Source: Ruditapes philippinarum (taxonomy: Eukaryota). Taken from it: a DNA stretch of 64,000 bases. Shown piece by piece: positions 13,859-25,882 of the stretch; the first letter of the stretch is position 1, and the number at the start of each line of letters is the position of its first letter. The notes under the pieces were generated by a model. That model was not told the origin of the DNA. It saw only the letters and a list, made by a program, of their open reading frames with translations, and searched no databases. The stretch is from NCBI RefSeq assembly GCF_026571515.1, contig NW_026857312.1:1-64000 (forward strand), read 5' to 3'. Position numbers and translations under genes: made by a program.

Positions 13859-14917
13859 AAGACAACATTTTTTCCCCTAAAAAATCTAAGTTCAAGGGAG
13901 GTAATACTGATATTTTTTGTGCTAGAGTTATAAACCTTGTCACATATGATGTGGTTGATGACCAGAAACTTAAATTTAAAGTTTGAAGTAAACACCTTAA
14001 GAAATAAAGAACATATAGTGAAAAAGCTGAAAAATTTAAATCAGAAATCTTGAAATTCAGGCTATTTGTTGCCATAGCAACCAGAATTTTCAACATAGGA
14101 AGAAAAGAAAAAGATGTGCATAATCTCCAGACTGCCATCTACCCATATTTCAAGTTTCATAAAAATATTTTCAGTACTTTTTGAGTTATCACTGGATCCA
14201 GTTTATGTGTTAAATTTGCCATATTTTCAGACTATTTGTTGCCATAGCAACCAGAATTTTCAACATAGGAAGAAAAAAAAAAGACGTGCATAATCTCCAT
14301 ACTGCCATCTATCCATATATCAAGTTTCATAAAAATATTTTCAGTACTTTTTGCGTTATCGCGGGATCCAGTTTTGTGGACGGACGGACTGACGGACTGA
14401 CAGACTGACAGACAGACAGACAGACGGACAGACAGACGGACAGACGGACAGACGGACGGAGGGTAAACCTAAAGTCCCCTCCGGTTAAACCGGTAGGGGA
14501 CTAATTACAATGCTTCTGATACTGAAATTATTTAAAACTGTCAAATAATTTAATAAGTTTATTTCCATTAATTTAGTTTGATATCAATCAAAACTTCATT
14601 TTCCTTGATATTTTTATGCTTATCTATAGTATAGCACATAATTATTTCTGTAGAAGAGTTGTAGACCTAGAATATGATTGGCATAACTTGAACACAATTT
14701 GATATTTATTACCAAGTTCCTGTCAGACAGGACTCACTACTTAGAAAAAGTATGCATCCAAAAGATGCACATTATTTGAAACTTTGCATCCACAGCAAAT
14801 TCATTGAGTTCTGGACTCGGGATGCAGAGGTAAAAAAATCACTGACATATATCTTATATCTAGCCATTTCATATGATGTTATCTGGCTAAATATGTTAAA
14901 ATTCCAGTACCACATAC

Positions 14918-15015
14918 CATCAGAGTCGTTTTCCTCAGTCCAGATCTGTACAGCATCAATGTCTGTCATACTGATGTCATCTAGTCTCCTGTTGGCATTC
15001 TCAAAGTGTAAATGT
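14918..15015 (-). CDS. ZFYVE21: ZFYVE21 coding exon 5 (HLHFENANRRLDDISMTDIDAVQIWTEENDSD)
   Basis: tttcag acceptor, gtatgt donor, 98 nt; phases fit exons 4 and 6; similar to vertebrate EIEIVHISTVQILTE. Confidence 0.88.
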
Positions 15016-15054
15016 CTGAAATATGAAAAATTTGATAAATATGATATATATTTA

Positions 15055-15280
15055 CTGCTAAATCATTATTATTTGTGGGATACTAATTTTTGTGGTATTC
15101 ATGGATAGGTCCATGAATTTAAGAACCAACAAAATTTCATTTCTTCTGATGTAAGATTATTTTGCATCACATTATTTATATTTCACTTTTTGAATAACAG
15201 TCCACGAATTTAAGTACCCCAGAAATGGTCTGTGACAAAACCACAAAATTTTGTGTCCACAAAAATAGGTGAATTCACAG
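15055..15280. mobile_element. Short mariner-type MITE
   Basis: Imperfect TIRs ctgctaaatcattattatttgtgg / ccacaaaaataggtgaattcacag with TA flanks. Confidence 0.5.
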
Positions 15281-15733
15281 TACAGTACAATCCCTACTTA
15301 AGACCACCCTGGCAGAATTAAGACCACCCCACTATTAAGACCAAGATCAGCTTAAAACATGTGTGAAGTGTGACAAAATCTGTAAACAGTTGATCAAACC
15401 CTGACTTCCCTAAAAGTAACACTGGACAAGGCTGCATTCCTCATTCCAAGCGGCAAGCCAGATGAGTCCATCATATGATGTAGGAAGAGTACAATGAAGG
15501 TATTAAAATTGCTAAGCTTGAATGTATACAAATACTTAAATGAAAGAGGAATTTATTGTATTTCACAAAATAAAATGAATGAGGGTTTTTTTTTCTCGTT
15601 TTTTTTTTCTTCATTTAAATAAATGAAAGTCCCATAAGACATAAATTTTGGTATTTTTTTTATCCTATAAATAACATAGAAAATTCAAAATCACAAATCT
15701 ATAAAAACTGAATGAAGCAACAAATGTTCAAAC

Positions 15734-15815
15734 CTGTGATCAGGAGAAAGTTTGCATACAAACACAGTGTCATTGTCATTTGTCTCCCCTGACTGATTTA
15801 CATGGAATGACCCAC
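15734..15815 (-). CDS. ZFYVE21: ZFYVE21 coding exon 4 (GSFHVNQSGETNDNDTVFVCKLSPDHR)
   Basis: tttttacag acceptor, GT donor, 82 nt, phase-compatible; similar to vertebrate GATFLV...MTCRLSNNQR. Confidence 0.88.
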
Positions 15816-16371
15816 CTGTAAAAAATATGTACATTGAATTTGAAACATGATTTATATTACATAATTATAATTATTTTAATAATATGTATATCACACAATG
15901 TATGAATAGTTGAAAACTTACAATCTTTTACAGCTTTTTATCACACTAAATTGCTTAATCATCCAGAGTAACGTCAGGCCAGATTGCAGATATATACATG
16001 TAGAGGATATTGAATGAAAGTAAGTTTAATACTGAACTTAATAAACAAGTAGATGTGCAGAATAATATCCATTTATATACACATTTAAAGTACCAAAAAT
16101 TTGGCAAGTGTCTATGAACATTAAATTAGTCTTTGAGACCTTCTACCCCTAACATGCTGAATTTCGTTAATGTACTTAGCGTTTGCCATCTATTGAATTT
16201 GGATCATTTCATTGGAAATTTAAAAAAATTTCAATAACAAAATACAAAATTGTGGTTCCAACAGTATAAAGCCTGGTCAAACTTTATGGATGTGCACGCT
16301 GGCCTGGCTCTATACTAGTTGCAGCAAAGATCAATCGCTTTCCATTGAAGCAGGTTAAGGTACCTTGGTTA

Positions 16372-16605
<234 letters not shown>

Positions 16606-17008
16606 TTACCTCATTGAAAAATTAGTAACAAAGTACTTGGTAAAGTACCAAAAAAATCTATTTTAAGCCTCAACGACCTTGAAACCAGCACATCAAAATT
16701 TAATATCTTAGATGTTAAAATCCTATTGAAGAATATAATTATATCACTTCCTATCCTTGCAAAACTAAAAATAAATATAAGATCCCTTTAAATTTATTGT
16801 GTGCATGAACATTTGCACCTTATTGTAGCTGCATATCATATGTTCAGATACCTTAGCATACAAAGAAGTAAATTAACTTTTAATTACATGTAAGCTCAGC
16901 CAAAAATATGCATTAAACAATCAGTCCAACAAATAATTCTTCATGAAAATATATTGTACATGTACATGCAAATAAGAATTTCAAAGTCAATATAGGAAAT
17001 TTTCTTAC

Positions 17009-17059
17009 CCTTCTGTTCAGGAAGTCAAACTTTCCCTGGCACTGAATGCAACTCTGACA
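17009..17059 (-). CDS. ZFYVE21: ZFYVE21 coding exon 2 (CQSCIQCQGKFDFLNRR)
   Basis: 51 nt, strong polypyrimidine tract plus acag acceptor, gtaaga donor; first FYVE CxxC. Confidence 0.92.
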
Positions 17060-17169
17060 CTGTAAAAATAAAAAAAAATAAAAATATCAAAATACTGTTA
17101 AGGTATTAAAGCAGAAAATGGTTTTCAAGTTAAAACACCAGAATTTATGGTTTAACTGGATCAAAGTCT

Positions 17170-17420
17170 GGGGCCTCCCTGGCCTTTAGTTTATGGTACA
17201 TTGTAGCTGACTTTGTATCACTAGTCCTTGTACAGCCATGGGTAAGATTCCCACTTGGACTATCCACTGTCCAACTAGATTATTGAAGGTCAGTGGTTTC
17301 ATAAATGTGAGTGCACCTACCCAAAATAACTATCTAGAGGGCACTTAAGATCTTTCTTAACTAGAAAAAGTGAAATGTTACTACATAACATTTGACATTT
17401 AAAACAAAAATGTTTGTTGT
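17170..17420 (+). mobile_element. Degenerate tRNA-derived SINE
   Basis: gggcctccctggcc head, B-box-like ggtaagattccc, body gaaggtcagtggtttc similar to the copy at 60590-60860. Confidence 0.4.
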
Positions 17421-18214
17421 TTCAAAGATCATAATAGTAAATAAAACAATTTAATGTACAGGTATGCTATTGCAGAAGGCCAGAATCTCCTTATAATCTA
17501 AACATGAAATAAAAGCACTGACAGATACTGTCATAACATATAAATAATTTATTATTAACAAATGTTGTGTGTATCTAAATATGTAACAAATAGTCTCTAA
17601 TTATAGAATCAAATTAATTTCCTCATATTTTTATACATGTATATTTAAAACAAAGGAGTGACAATATCTTATTCTTTACTTTGTGAATGAAGCATATATT
17701 ATGACCATTAAAATACTTTTTAGAACTTTAAATTAGAATTTACAGTGTTTTTTGATAAAATACTTTTCAATATACAAAGTTCATGTTTTTGATATTGTTG
17801 TATATCATACGTATATCATGTGTTCATATATTAATTTTTATTTCTTTACTATTTTGTTTTTTAAAAGGGGAGCGGGAGGGGAGAATGGGAAATAAAGGGT
17901 GCTTGTACTATATTTTGACTTCCCCCCACCCCTCTCACTCACTTATATATTAATTTATTTATTTATTCCAACTAACATTTTCAGCTTTCATGAAGTTATT
18001 ATCTTGACAATCTTGCATTTTGAGTAATTTATATCTAGAGTGTAAAGTATATTATCAAAGAAACTTGAGTTTTGTTCCCTCTCCAAAAGTAACTTGCCCG
18101 TATCCCCTTAAAAGGTCATTGAAAATTAGATCATATCACTATATTTTCCTTGATAATCAAAATTTAATATTGTTACATGATATTTCCATACCAAAATACA
18201 GTGTATACAGAATA

Positions 18215-20240
18215 AACTAGAACTATCGCTGAATGCGATTCATACCCCCACCAATGTCCTTGACAGAAGACCACTTGGAAAGGTGGTTAAGGGAATAATT
18301 TATGTGGCACAAATACATAAAAAGAAATTATCTCTGGTGAAAAAAAGACTAATTGTACAGGTAATAGTATAAATATATATTATCAAAACTGTTCGAAACA
18401 GTTACAAATAACCTTTTCATTTTCCCAATGCATTAAACATTTTATTTATAAGTCAATTTTTGACCTTCAAGTGTGGCCTTGACCTTAATCTGGCACAAGG
18501 GTAAGATGGGTTTTGCACATCACCCATTTTGGGTGAACATTTGAGTAAAGTTTGAAGAAAATCCTTCCATCAGTATAGAATTTATAGAGTAGACACAATA
18601 TATTGTTCTAGTATTGGTTGCATGTAAATTTGAAGACTTAAAAAGGGGATAACTTTGTCAAAATGCAATACAGAGTAATGAAACTTGACCTGCATATCTT
18701 ATTTGCCACATCTCATATATCTTTTAAGTTTCAAGCAAATGCCTGAGCTAGTTTCAGAATTATTCAAGTACATGTTAAAATTTAAGAACATTTTCTAAGT
18801 CAATTTTTGACCTTCAAGTGTGACCTTGACCTTTAGCCGGTACAAAGGTGACATGGATTCTGCACATAACCTTGTTGAGGTGAACATTTGAGTAAAGTTT
18901 GAAGGAAATTCTTCCATTGGTATAGGATTTATAGAGCGGACACAACATATTGTCTAATATTTGATTGTATGTAAATTTGAAGGCATAAAAAGGGGCATAA
19001 CTTTGTTTAAATGCAATACAGAATTATGAAACTTGAAACAGCATATCGTTTTTGTGACCCTTCAAAAATATTTTAAGTATCAAGCAAATACCTTTTCTAT
19101 ATTTAGAATATTTCAAATAAATGTTAAAATTTAAGAATTTTTTCTAAGTCAAGTTTTGACCTTCAAGTGTGACCTTGACCTTAAGCCAGCAAAAGAGTGA
19201 CATAAGTTTTTCACATCCCCTGGTTGAGATGAACATTTGAGCCAAGATTGAAGAAAATCTTTCAAGTAGTGTTGGACTTACAGAGCAGACATGACATAAT
19301 GTGTAATATTAGATTGTTTGATATTTGACCTTCAATTGTGACCTTGACCTTGAGCTGACACATGGGCAACATGGGTTCTGCACATCCCCTTGTTGAAGGG
19401 AATATTTGAGCCAAGTTTGAAAAAAATCTTTCAATTAGTGTAGGACTTACAGAGCGGACACAACATACTGTGTAATATTTGATTGTTTGATATTTGACCT
19501 TCAATTATGACCTTGACCTTGAGCTGGCACATGGGCAACAATGGGTTCTGCACATCCCTTGTTGAGGTGAACATTTGAGCCAAGTTTAAAGAAAATATTT
19601 CAAGTAGTGTAGGACTTACAGAGCGGACACGACATACTGTGTAATATTTAATCGTTTGATATTTGTCCTTCAATTGTGACCTTGACCTTGAGCTGACATA
19701 TGGGCAACATGGGTTCTGCACATCCCCTTGTTGAGGGGAATATTTGAGCCAAGTTTGAAGAAAATCTTTCTAGTAGTGTAGGACTTACAGAGCGGACACG
19801 ACATACTGTGTAATATTTAATTGTTTGATAATTGACCTTCAATTGTGACCTTGACCTTGAGCTGACACATGGGCGACATGGGTTCTGCACATCCCCTGGT
19901 TGAGGTGAACATTTGAGCCAAGTTTGAAGAAAATCTTTCAAGTAGTGTAGGACTTACAGAGCGGACACGACATACTGTGTAATATTTGATAGTGTTTGAT
20001 ATTTGACCTTGAATTGTGACCTTGACCTTGAGCTGACACATGGGCAACATGGGTTCTTGCACATCCCCTTGTTGAGATGAACATTTGAGCCAAGTTTGAA
20101 GAAAATCCTTCAATTGGTATAGGAGTTATAGAGCGGACACGAAAATGGAGACGGACCGACCGACTGACGGACAGACGAGCCCGACCGACGCGACAAAGCG
20201 AACCATTATAGCCCCCCCACATTTTGTGGTGGGGGTATAA
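18215..20240 (-). mobile_element. Helentron-like element with ~169-bp internal tandem repeats
   Basis: SubTIR atacccccacc/ggtgggggtat, terminal hairpin near 20210-20240, (GACC/GACG) microsatellite; repeats carrying tgaccttgaccttg produce the spurious ORFs at 19262-20222. Confidence 0.85.
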
Positions 20241-20344
20241 TTAAAATATTTATAGGGAGGAACAACACATCAAAAACACATGGTTAGTTTATATATTTGA
20301 TAAACTACCCATTTTGGGTATAATGTACCCTTCATCAAGCTACA

Positions 20345-20910
20345 ACAAGAGCTGTCAGTAGGACAGCACGCTCTACTATTCTAAGTGCTTGATAGTTAAA
20401 GTTCACAAAAAGGCCATCTTTTTTTCAAATCCATGTTACAGTTATAGGCCTTGGAGAAAGTCCTGTTATGCCCTCAAAAAAAGTGTATAAAATTTTAACA
20501 AATGTTACAAAGCAAGATGTCAATGAAGTATGAAAATATCTGAGGTGGTACGCAAACTTTAACATAAATTTTAAGTTGAAACAGGGACCTAATTTTGTCA
20601 AAATGCCCGATAGAGTTACCTCATTCTTTCAACATGGTGAACAAGTGTTTGAAGTTTCAAGTCTTATGTCAATGGAATTTGAAAATAGTTGAGGTGGTAC
20701 GAAAATTTAACCGTAGTACGAAAATTAAACATAAATACAAAGTCAAAAATGGGCATTATTCTATCAAAATTCTTGTTAGAGTTACCTTCTCCTGTCTACT
20801 GGTTGGGGGTCATTATGGTGAACAAATGTGCAAACTTTTAAAGCCATATGTCAATGGACTTTGAAAATATTTGAGGTGGTATGCTAACTTTAATATAAAT
20901 ACTAAGACGA
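20345..20910 (-). mobile_element. Truncated copy of the family at 11816-13858
   Basis: Same terminus aacaagagctgtcagtaggacagcacgctctact and similar gaggtggtac..aaactt repeats. Confidence 0.6.
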
Positions 20911-21339
20911 AAAGGCGAAATGGGTTCAGGTATGTCAAGTACATAGATGTTTTCTTCTGTAGTTACTTCTGGTTTCTGTAGCCATTTCTTGGTTCCTGGT
21001 GTGATTCTGATCTTGGGAGTTGTTGTTGAGTAAGTCTTCTTTGGAAAGTCTATAATTAGATGTCCTTTTTTGCTTCTGTCTTAGACTGTCTTTATTGGCA
21101 TATAACTTATGGCACCAAGTATATAAATTTGTATTTTGTAGTTGTACTGTCATGACTCTTCCTGTGTTTGTAGTAGGAGGACCTCAGGTGTAGTTTGTTG
21201 ATAGAAGGCCACAAATCTCACATAGTCTGCTAAATTTAACACCAGTATGTTTTTTGTTGTTTCTTGTTGATTGGTTATTTATTCGTATAATTTTTGCCAT
21301 AATTACATCGGGTGTTACCTTATGTGCTGTAAATTCTGG

Positions 21340-21520
21340 TTGATTATTCATTATTGTATTAGTTAATCCAGTAGGTGATCTAGTTTTTAGTTTTCTAATC
21401 TATGTTTCTTCAGTTCGTCGTTGTGTTGACTGAATGATAACAATTTTTACATCGTTTCCCCCCCCCCCTCCCCGGTGAAAAATGGGCTTGTTATCTTGAT
21501 ATCTTTTTGTGCGCAATAGC
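21340..21520 (-). mobile_element. Possible Penelope-like retroelement relic (GIY-YIG endonuclease C-terminus)
   Basis: Reverse strand reads roughly AHF..PG...DVKIVIIQST..RRTEET*IRKLKTRSPTGL, resembling the HF..PGH...E..WI..L.T..P.GLN end motif; interrupted by stops and frameshifts. Confidence 0.4.
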
Positions 21521-24500
21521 CTTCGATCTGAAGGTAACACTGTTCTAAAAATAGATTTTACCTTTAAATATCACCACTACATCACCTGTACTGACTTTCG
21601 GACAAGGGATTAGGGAGTACACATTATACATGGTGTTAATCAGCGTACATTTACTTTGTTTACATGCAATATTTTATAAGATATTTAATACCATTGTAGA
21701 AAGCAAACAAGTTGGAAATGGAATTTAGTGTGAAAAGAAAAGGGACACTACACACTGTACTTTTTTAAGTTAAATTTAAACATAATCTGCTCTGACCTCT
21801 ATATATACATCTTTACACCTTGTCAATAAAATTGCACAAGTAATTGGCGATGATTTTAACAACAAATATTTTTTGTGAGACATAAAATAAAAAACAAATA
21901 TATTTTATTGTCTATACGTAAACAGTGTACGTTAAATCACGGATTCAGTTTAAATATACATGCTAGCATGCATGTACGTATACATTATTTCTGATTAAAT
22001 AAATACTAGAATCGGCATTTTTTATAAGGTAAAATAGGAAAAATGCAGAGTTTTGCTTATTCGAAAATTATTAAAGAATTAAGATATTAATCATTAATCT
22101 AATACTCGTAGCATGTTGGTGCATAGATTCATGACATCTCCAATCTACGTATTTATATAAACACAATTGTGTACGGTATATCTGGGACAGAAAGATACTC
22201 TTTCATTTTTAGTCCCAATTTCTTAAAATCATACCATATCATATCACCATTTCTAATTTTGATAAACAGTGAAACAAAAACAAATTGCCAAGCGCCGGCA
22301 TTTTTCTCAAATTGACATGCTGGGAAAGTATTGCCCCGAAAGTTATTTCTTTTTCACCATATCATCTTTATTTTCCTGATGGTTTTAAGCCATCTCAATC
22401 ATGCTTTACGCATGTTTAACTCAAGGAACATCATTTCCATTGAGAGAAATGTGAATAAAAGTATTCGTAACCATTATGTTGTATAATCTACATGTAGATT
22501 AAAGGGAAAGACAAGGTTAGAATAAAAACTTTATTTCAGAAAAAGAATACTATAAATAATAAATCTGCAAATTTTCTGCTGCCAAATAATAATATTAAAC
22601 GAATGGTAACAAAATTTAAATCGCTAAATCACAGATTTCTACAAATCAGTAGGCGCGGCCTTGTCTGTGTATTGGCTGTGTAAAAACAGGTGCATGTGAT
22701 GTCATTTCCCCACATCTTTAGATTTATGATAAATCTAGTTGAATCGTAGCGAAATATTAATATAATAAAGTATTGACCAGACAATTTAATTTTCACAGGA
22801 GGTGTAGAGGAGATTTTTTTATGGTTCAAAAAACGTAACAATATCAGAAAAAATAAATAAATAAAGAAACAAATAAAAAATCAACGTCTACCGGTTGCAC
22901 CACTTCAGTGATGCCCGTTACTCAAAACAATGCTAGGTTCATTAAAGTCTCATCTTAGTGTAATTAAACAATATTTCACAGATTTAATAAATACACATGT
23001 AATAAATTATTTAACAGTTTCACAATCAATAATGCAATTAAATAAACAAACGCACCAACGAATAATTGGCTGTTAATTATTGAACGGCGATAATTATCAT
23101 TATTATAAAAATCCTACTAAAACGTGTTCTTAATAGTACATGTAATTAAATTTTTGCAGTTTGATTCTGACTTTCAAATTAAAAGGTGTGAACATATGTT
23201 ATAATTGATGTACACATTTCAAAAATATAAGCAACTTTTTTGAAAAGTAAATTGTTAACATGTCTGTCAACGTATGATGCTGCGCATCGTAATCGTAGCC
23301 TAATATTAACTGCAGGCAAAACATTTTTATTGGCTGCTCAAAAATCTAATTTGCATAATTTATTCACACAATTGCTGGTTCTTACTACTTATGTCTAATA
23401 CTTTGCATTGTCCATTTTAATTGTTCCTAATTTGCACCAAATGTTCCTGTCACACTGTGTACTGACTATTTTTATTGCTCCTTGTATGCTTCTGTGCCGA
23501 CAGACCTTTTGATCATGCACAATGTTGCCCTGATTGGTTAATCACCCTTGTCAAATATTCTAATGACGAAATAGACATCTATTTTTTTACGCTTCATCAG
23601 TGAACTGAATGACCTTAGGGGAAATTAAGTTCCACACCTGTCTGTAAATTACAGCATTTCATAAAATAGCAACACATTTTCTTTTTCAGTTACCAATAAT
23701 CATTTATTAAATATTAAGTAGATTTATGATTTTTTGTTTTATTGGATTAAATTTACGGTAGGAGAAATGCGTATCTGTGTGGGAAAGGGATTGGGTAAGT
23801 AGATAACGTGGAAAAAGGTATAGGGAACTGGATAAACCCGAGAATATGCATAATAACAGGGGAATGGGCAACCTGTTGCTGTTGGTACCAGTTTTGTCTG
23901 GGTGCCTAAATAAACCTAACGGACAGTTTTGTTTTCATACGATATTAGTCTGGCTGCCGATTATCCTGCGCCATTCTCATTTTTGCGTCAATGGCGAAAA
24001 ATCGCCTCCCCAGCAAATCTCTGCATATACAAAAAGTAAACGTAACCCAGAAATTTTGTGATATTTTTCCTTTAAAAAAAAAATACCAAAGAGCCATTTT
24101 TACCCATTCGGAAAAGGGGTTTTAGCGAAAATTAAGACAAAAAAAATAGGGAAAATCGGGGCAATTTGGGAAAAAGTTTTTATTATACCCCAAATTTTAA
24201 ATTAAAGGGGTTTTTTCTTTGAAAATTTTTAAACAATCTTTTCCTTTAAAACATGTGGTGGGAAACATCAGCAAACTTGAAAAACGGGGCAAATTTATAA
24301 TTTAATTTGGGATCTTCAATTTAAATTTAAACAAAAAAATTTGTTCCCTATGATGTTTTCATAAATAATATATAATGTACGCAATAAGATTAATAAGTTC
24401 TTCATCAAGATATATTTCAGTTGTACCAGCGTGTACACCTATACCGGAAGTGGGTGTAAGTGTAACACGTCACAATCTCTGTCTCGTCTGTCTCGCGAGA

Positions 24501-25762
24501 ATGACAGAACGCCAAAATGGCGGCGCCCATGAACTTATTTCTCAAGTAAAAAATAGTGTCTTAAAACACGAATTTCTCACTTATAGGGTTGATGTCAACA
24601 GAAAAACTGTCACGGTACCTCTTTTTAAATGATGAATATTTATATTAGACAAACATCAATCCATCCATTCCTATTCCTTTAACCAGTTTCCTTGTTCGAA
24701 ACTTATCGCTATGTGGCTATTTTTAGAACAGGTCTCTTATCAGTGACGTATACGATGCTTATCTCAGATCGTTTCCTATTATCTGCTAGATGGCCATAAT
24801 TTCTTTCCCATGGTGAGTCTGGTTTGTCCTTTGTATTGATTGATGCATTTCTTGCAAGTGATTAGATATACAATGCTTATGCTTCTACAGGTGTAACTTC
24901 CATTAATCTTATATTGCTTACCCATTGCTGTACTTTGAGCATTGAGTTGTATTACTTTAACAGTTTTAGTTTAAGATTTTCACTAAGTTACATATATATA
25001 TGTATTTGTTGGTGGCATTAAAACCTATTATGTTCCCTAAAACTCTCTGCGGCAGTGGTGACTGACCAGTACATTTCATGAATTTCCTTGGAGAAATAAG
25101 ACTCACTGTCACTGATCAGGGTCCTTGAAGTTCCTTAAACGTTGATAGCAGACAAAGCACAAACAGTGAACATTCTGCACTGTACCTGTTTTACTTAGTC
25201 TCAATATTTTGACTGCACGACCAACCCAATATTTTACAAACTGATATTACAAAGATGTCAGCCTTCTAAGGGCCACCATCGTCTATATAAAAAAAGCCCT
25301 GGTGCACTATTTGTTGGGCTACTGGTTTACTCTGATCAATGCCTTTCAACTCTAAAATAGCAGTATGTTCTACAAATGACTTGACATGTCAGGACTTCCT
25401 TGGTAATGCTATGTATATTTTTTGTCTTTCTAGATTCCAACATCATAGTAGATAATGTCAAAAATCATAAAAGCGTGTATAACATAAAAACATGTAAAGT
25501 TATGAAGCTATGGAAGCCTAAGCTAAGGAGTAAGGCCATGCTCCATAAACTCCAAGCCACGACATGTATCATTATCTATGTCTACAAGCCGAGCACAATT
25601 CACAATTCAGATTAATCCTTAACAAAATAATTGAAAAAAAAACATCAAATAGAATCTAGTTGGTTATCATAATTCATTGCACTTGTGTGAAAAAAATTAT
25701 GGAAACTAAAAAAATGATAGAATATACATGACAGAGTGATTTCATAAGTTAATAACATGTAC

Positions 25763-25882
25763 CTGTGCATCTGGTATCCAGAACGGTTCAGGCAAGGTAA
25801 ATGGACTGGCAGATGATTCATTTACTGGAACCATTCGCATTCCACCTTTCCCCTTCTGCAACATTTTTCCTTTTTCTGCCAT
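25763..25882 (-). CDS. ZFYVE21: ZFYVE21 coding exon 1 (MAEKGKMLQKGKGGMRMVPVNESSASPFTLPEPFWIPDAQ)
   Basis: ATG at 25882, CAG|gtacat donor, 120 nt; contains the FYVE WxxD motif and resembles vertebrate GLRMVP...SPFGLEEPQWVPD. Confidence 0.92.

Larger units (their letters stand above)
11366..14504 (-). mobile_element. Helentron-like non-autonomous element, outer member of a triple nest
   Basis: SubTIR agtcccctaccgg near 11399, terminal hairpin agtcccctccggttaaaccggtaggggact (14473-14502), (GACA/GACG)n microsatellite and internal tandem repeats; same family as 41538-42886. Confidence 0.8.

Noticed and set aside
19262-20222. Series of similar ~95-aa ORFs
   Set aside because: Translations of the ~169-bp tandem repeat inside a non-autonomous element.
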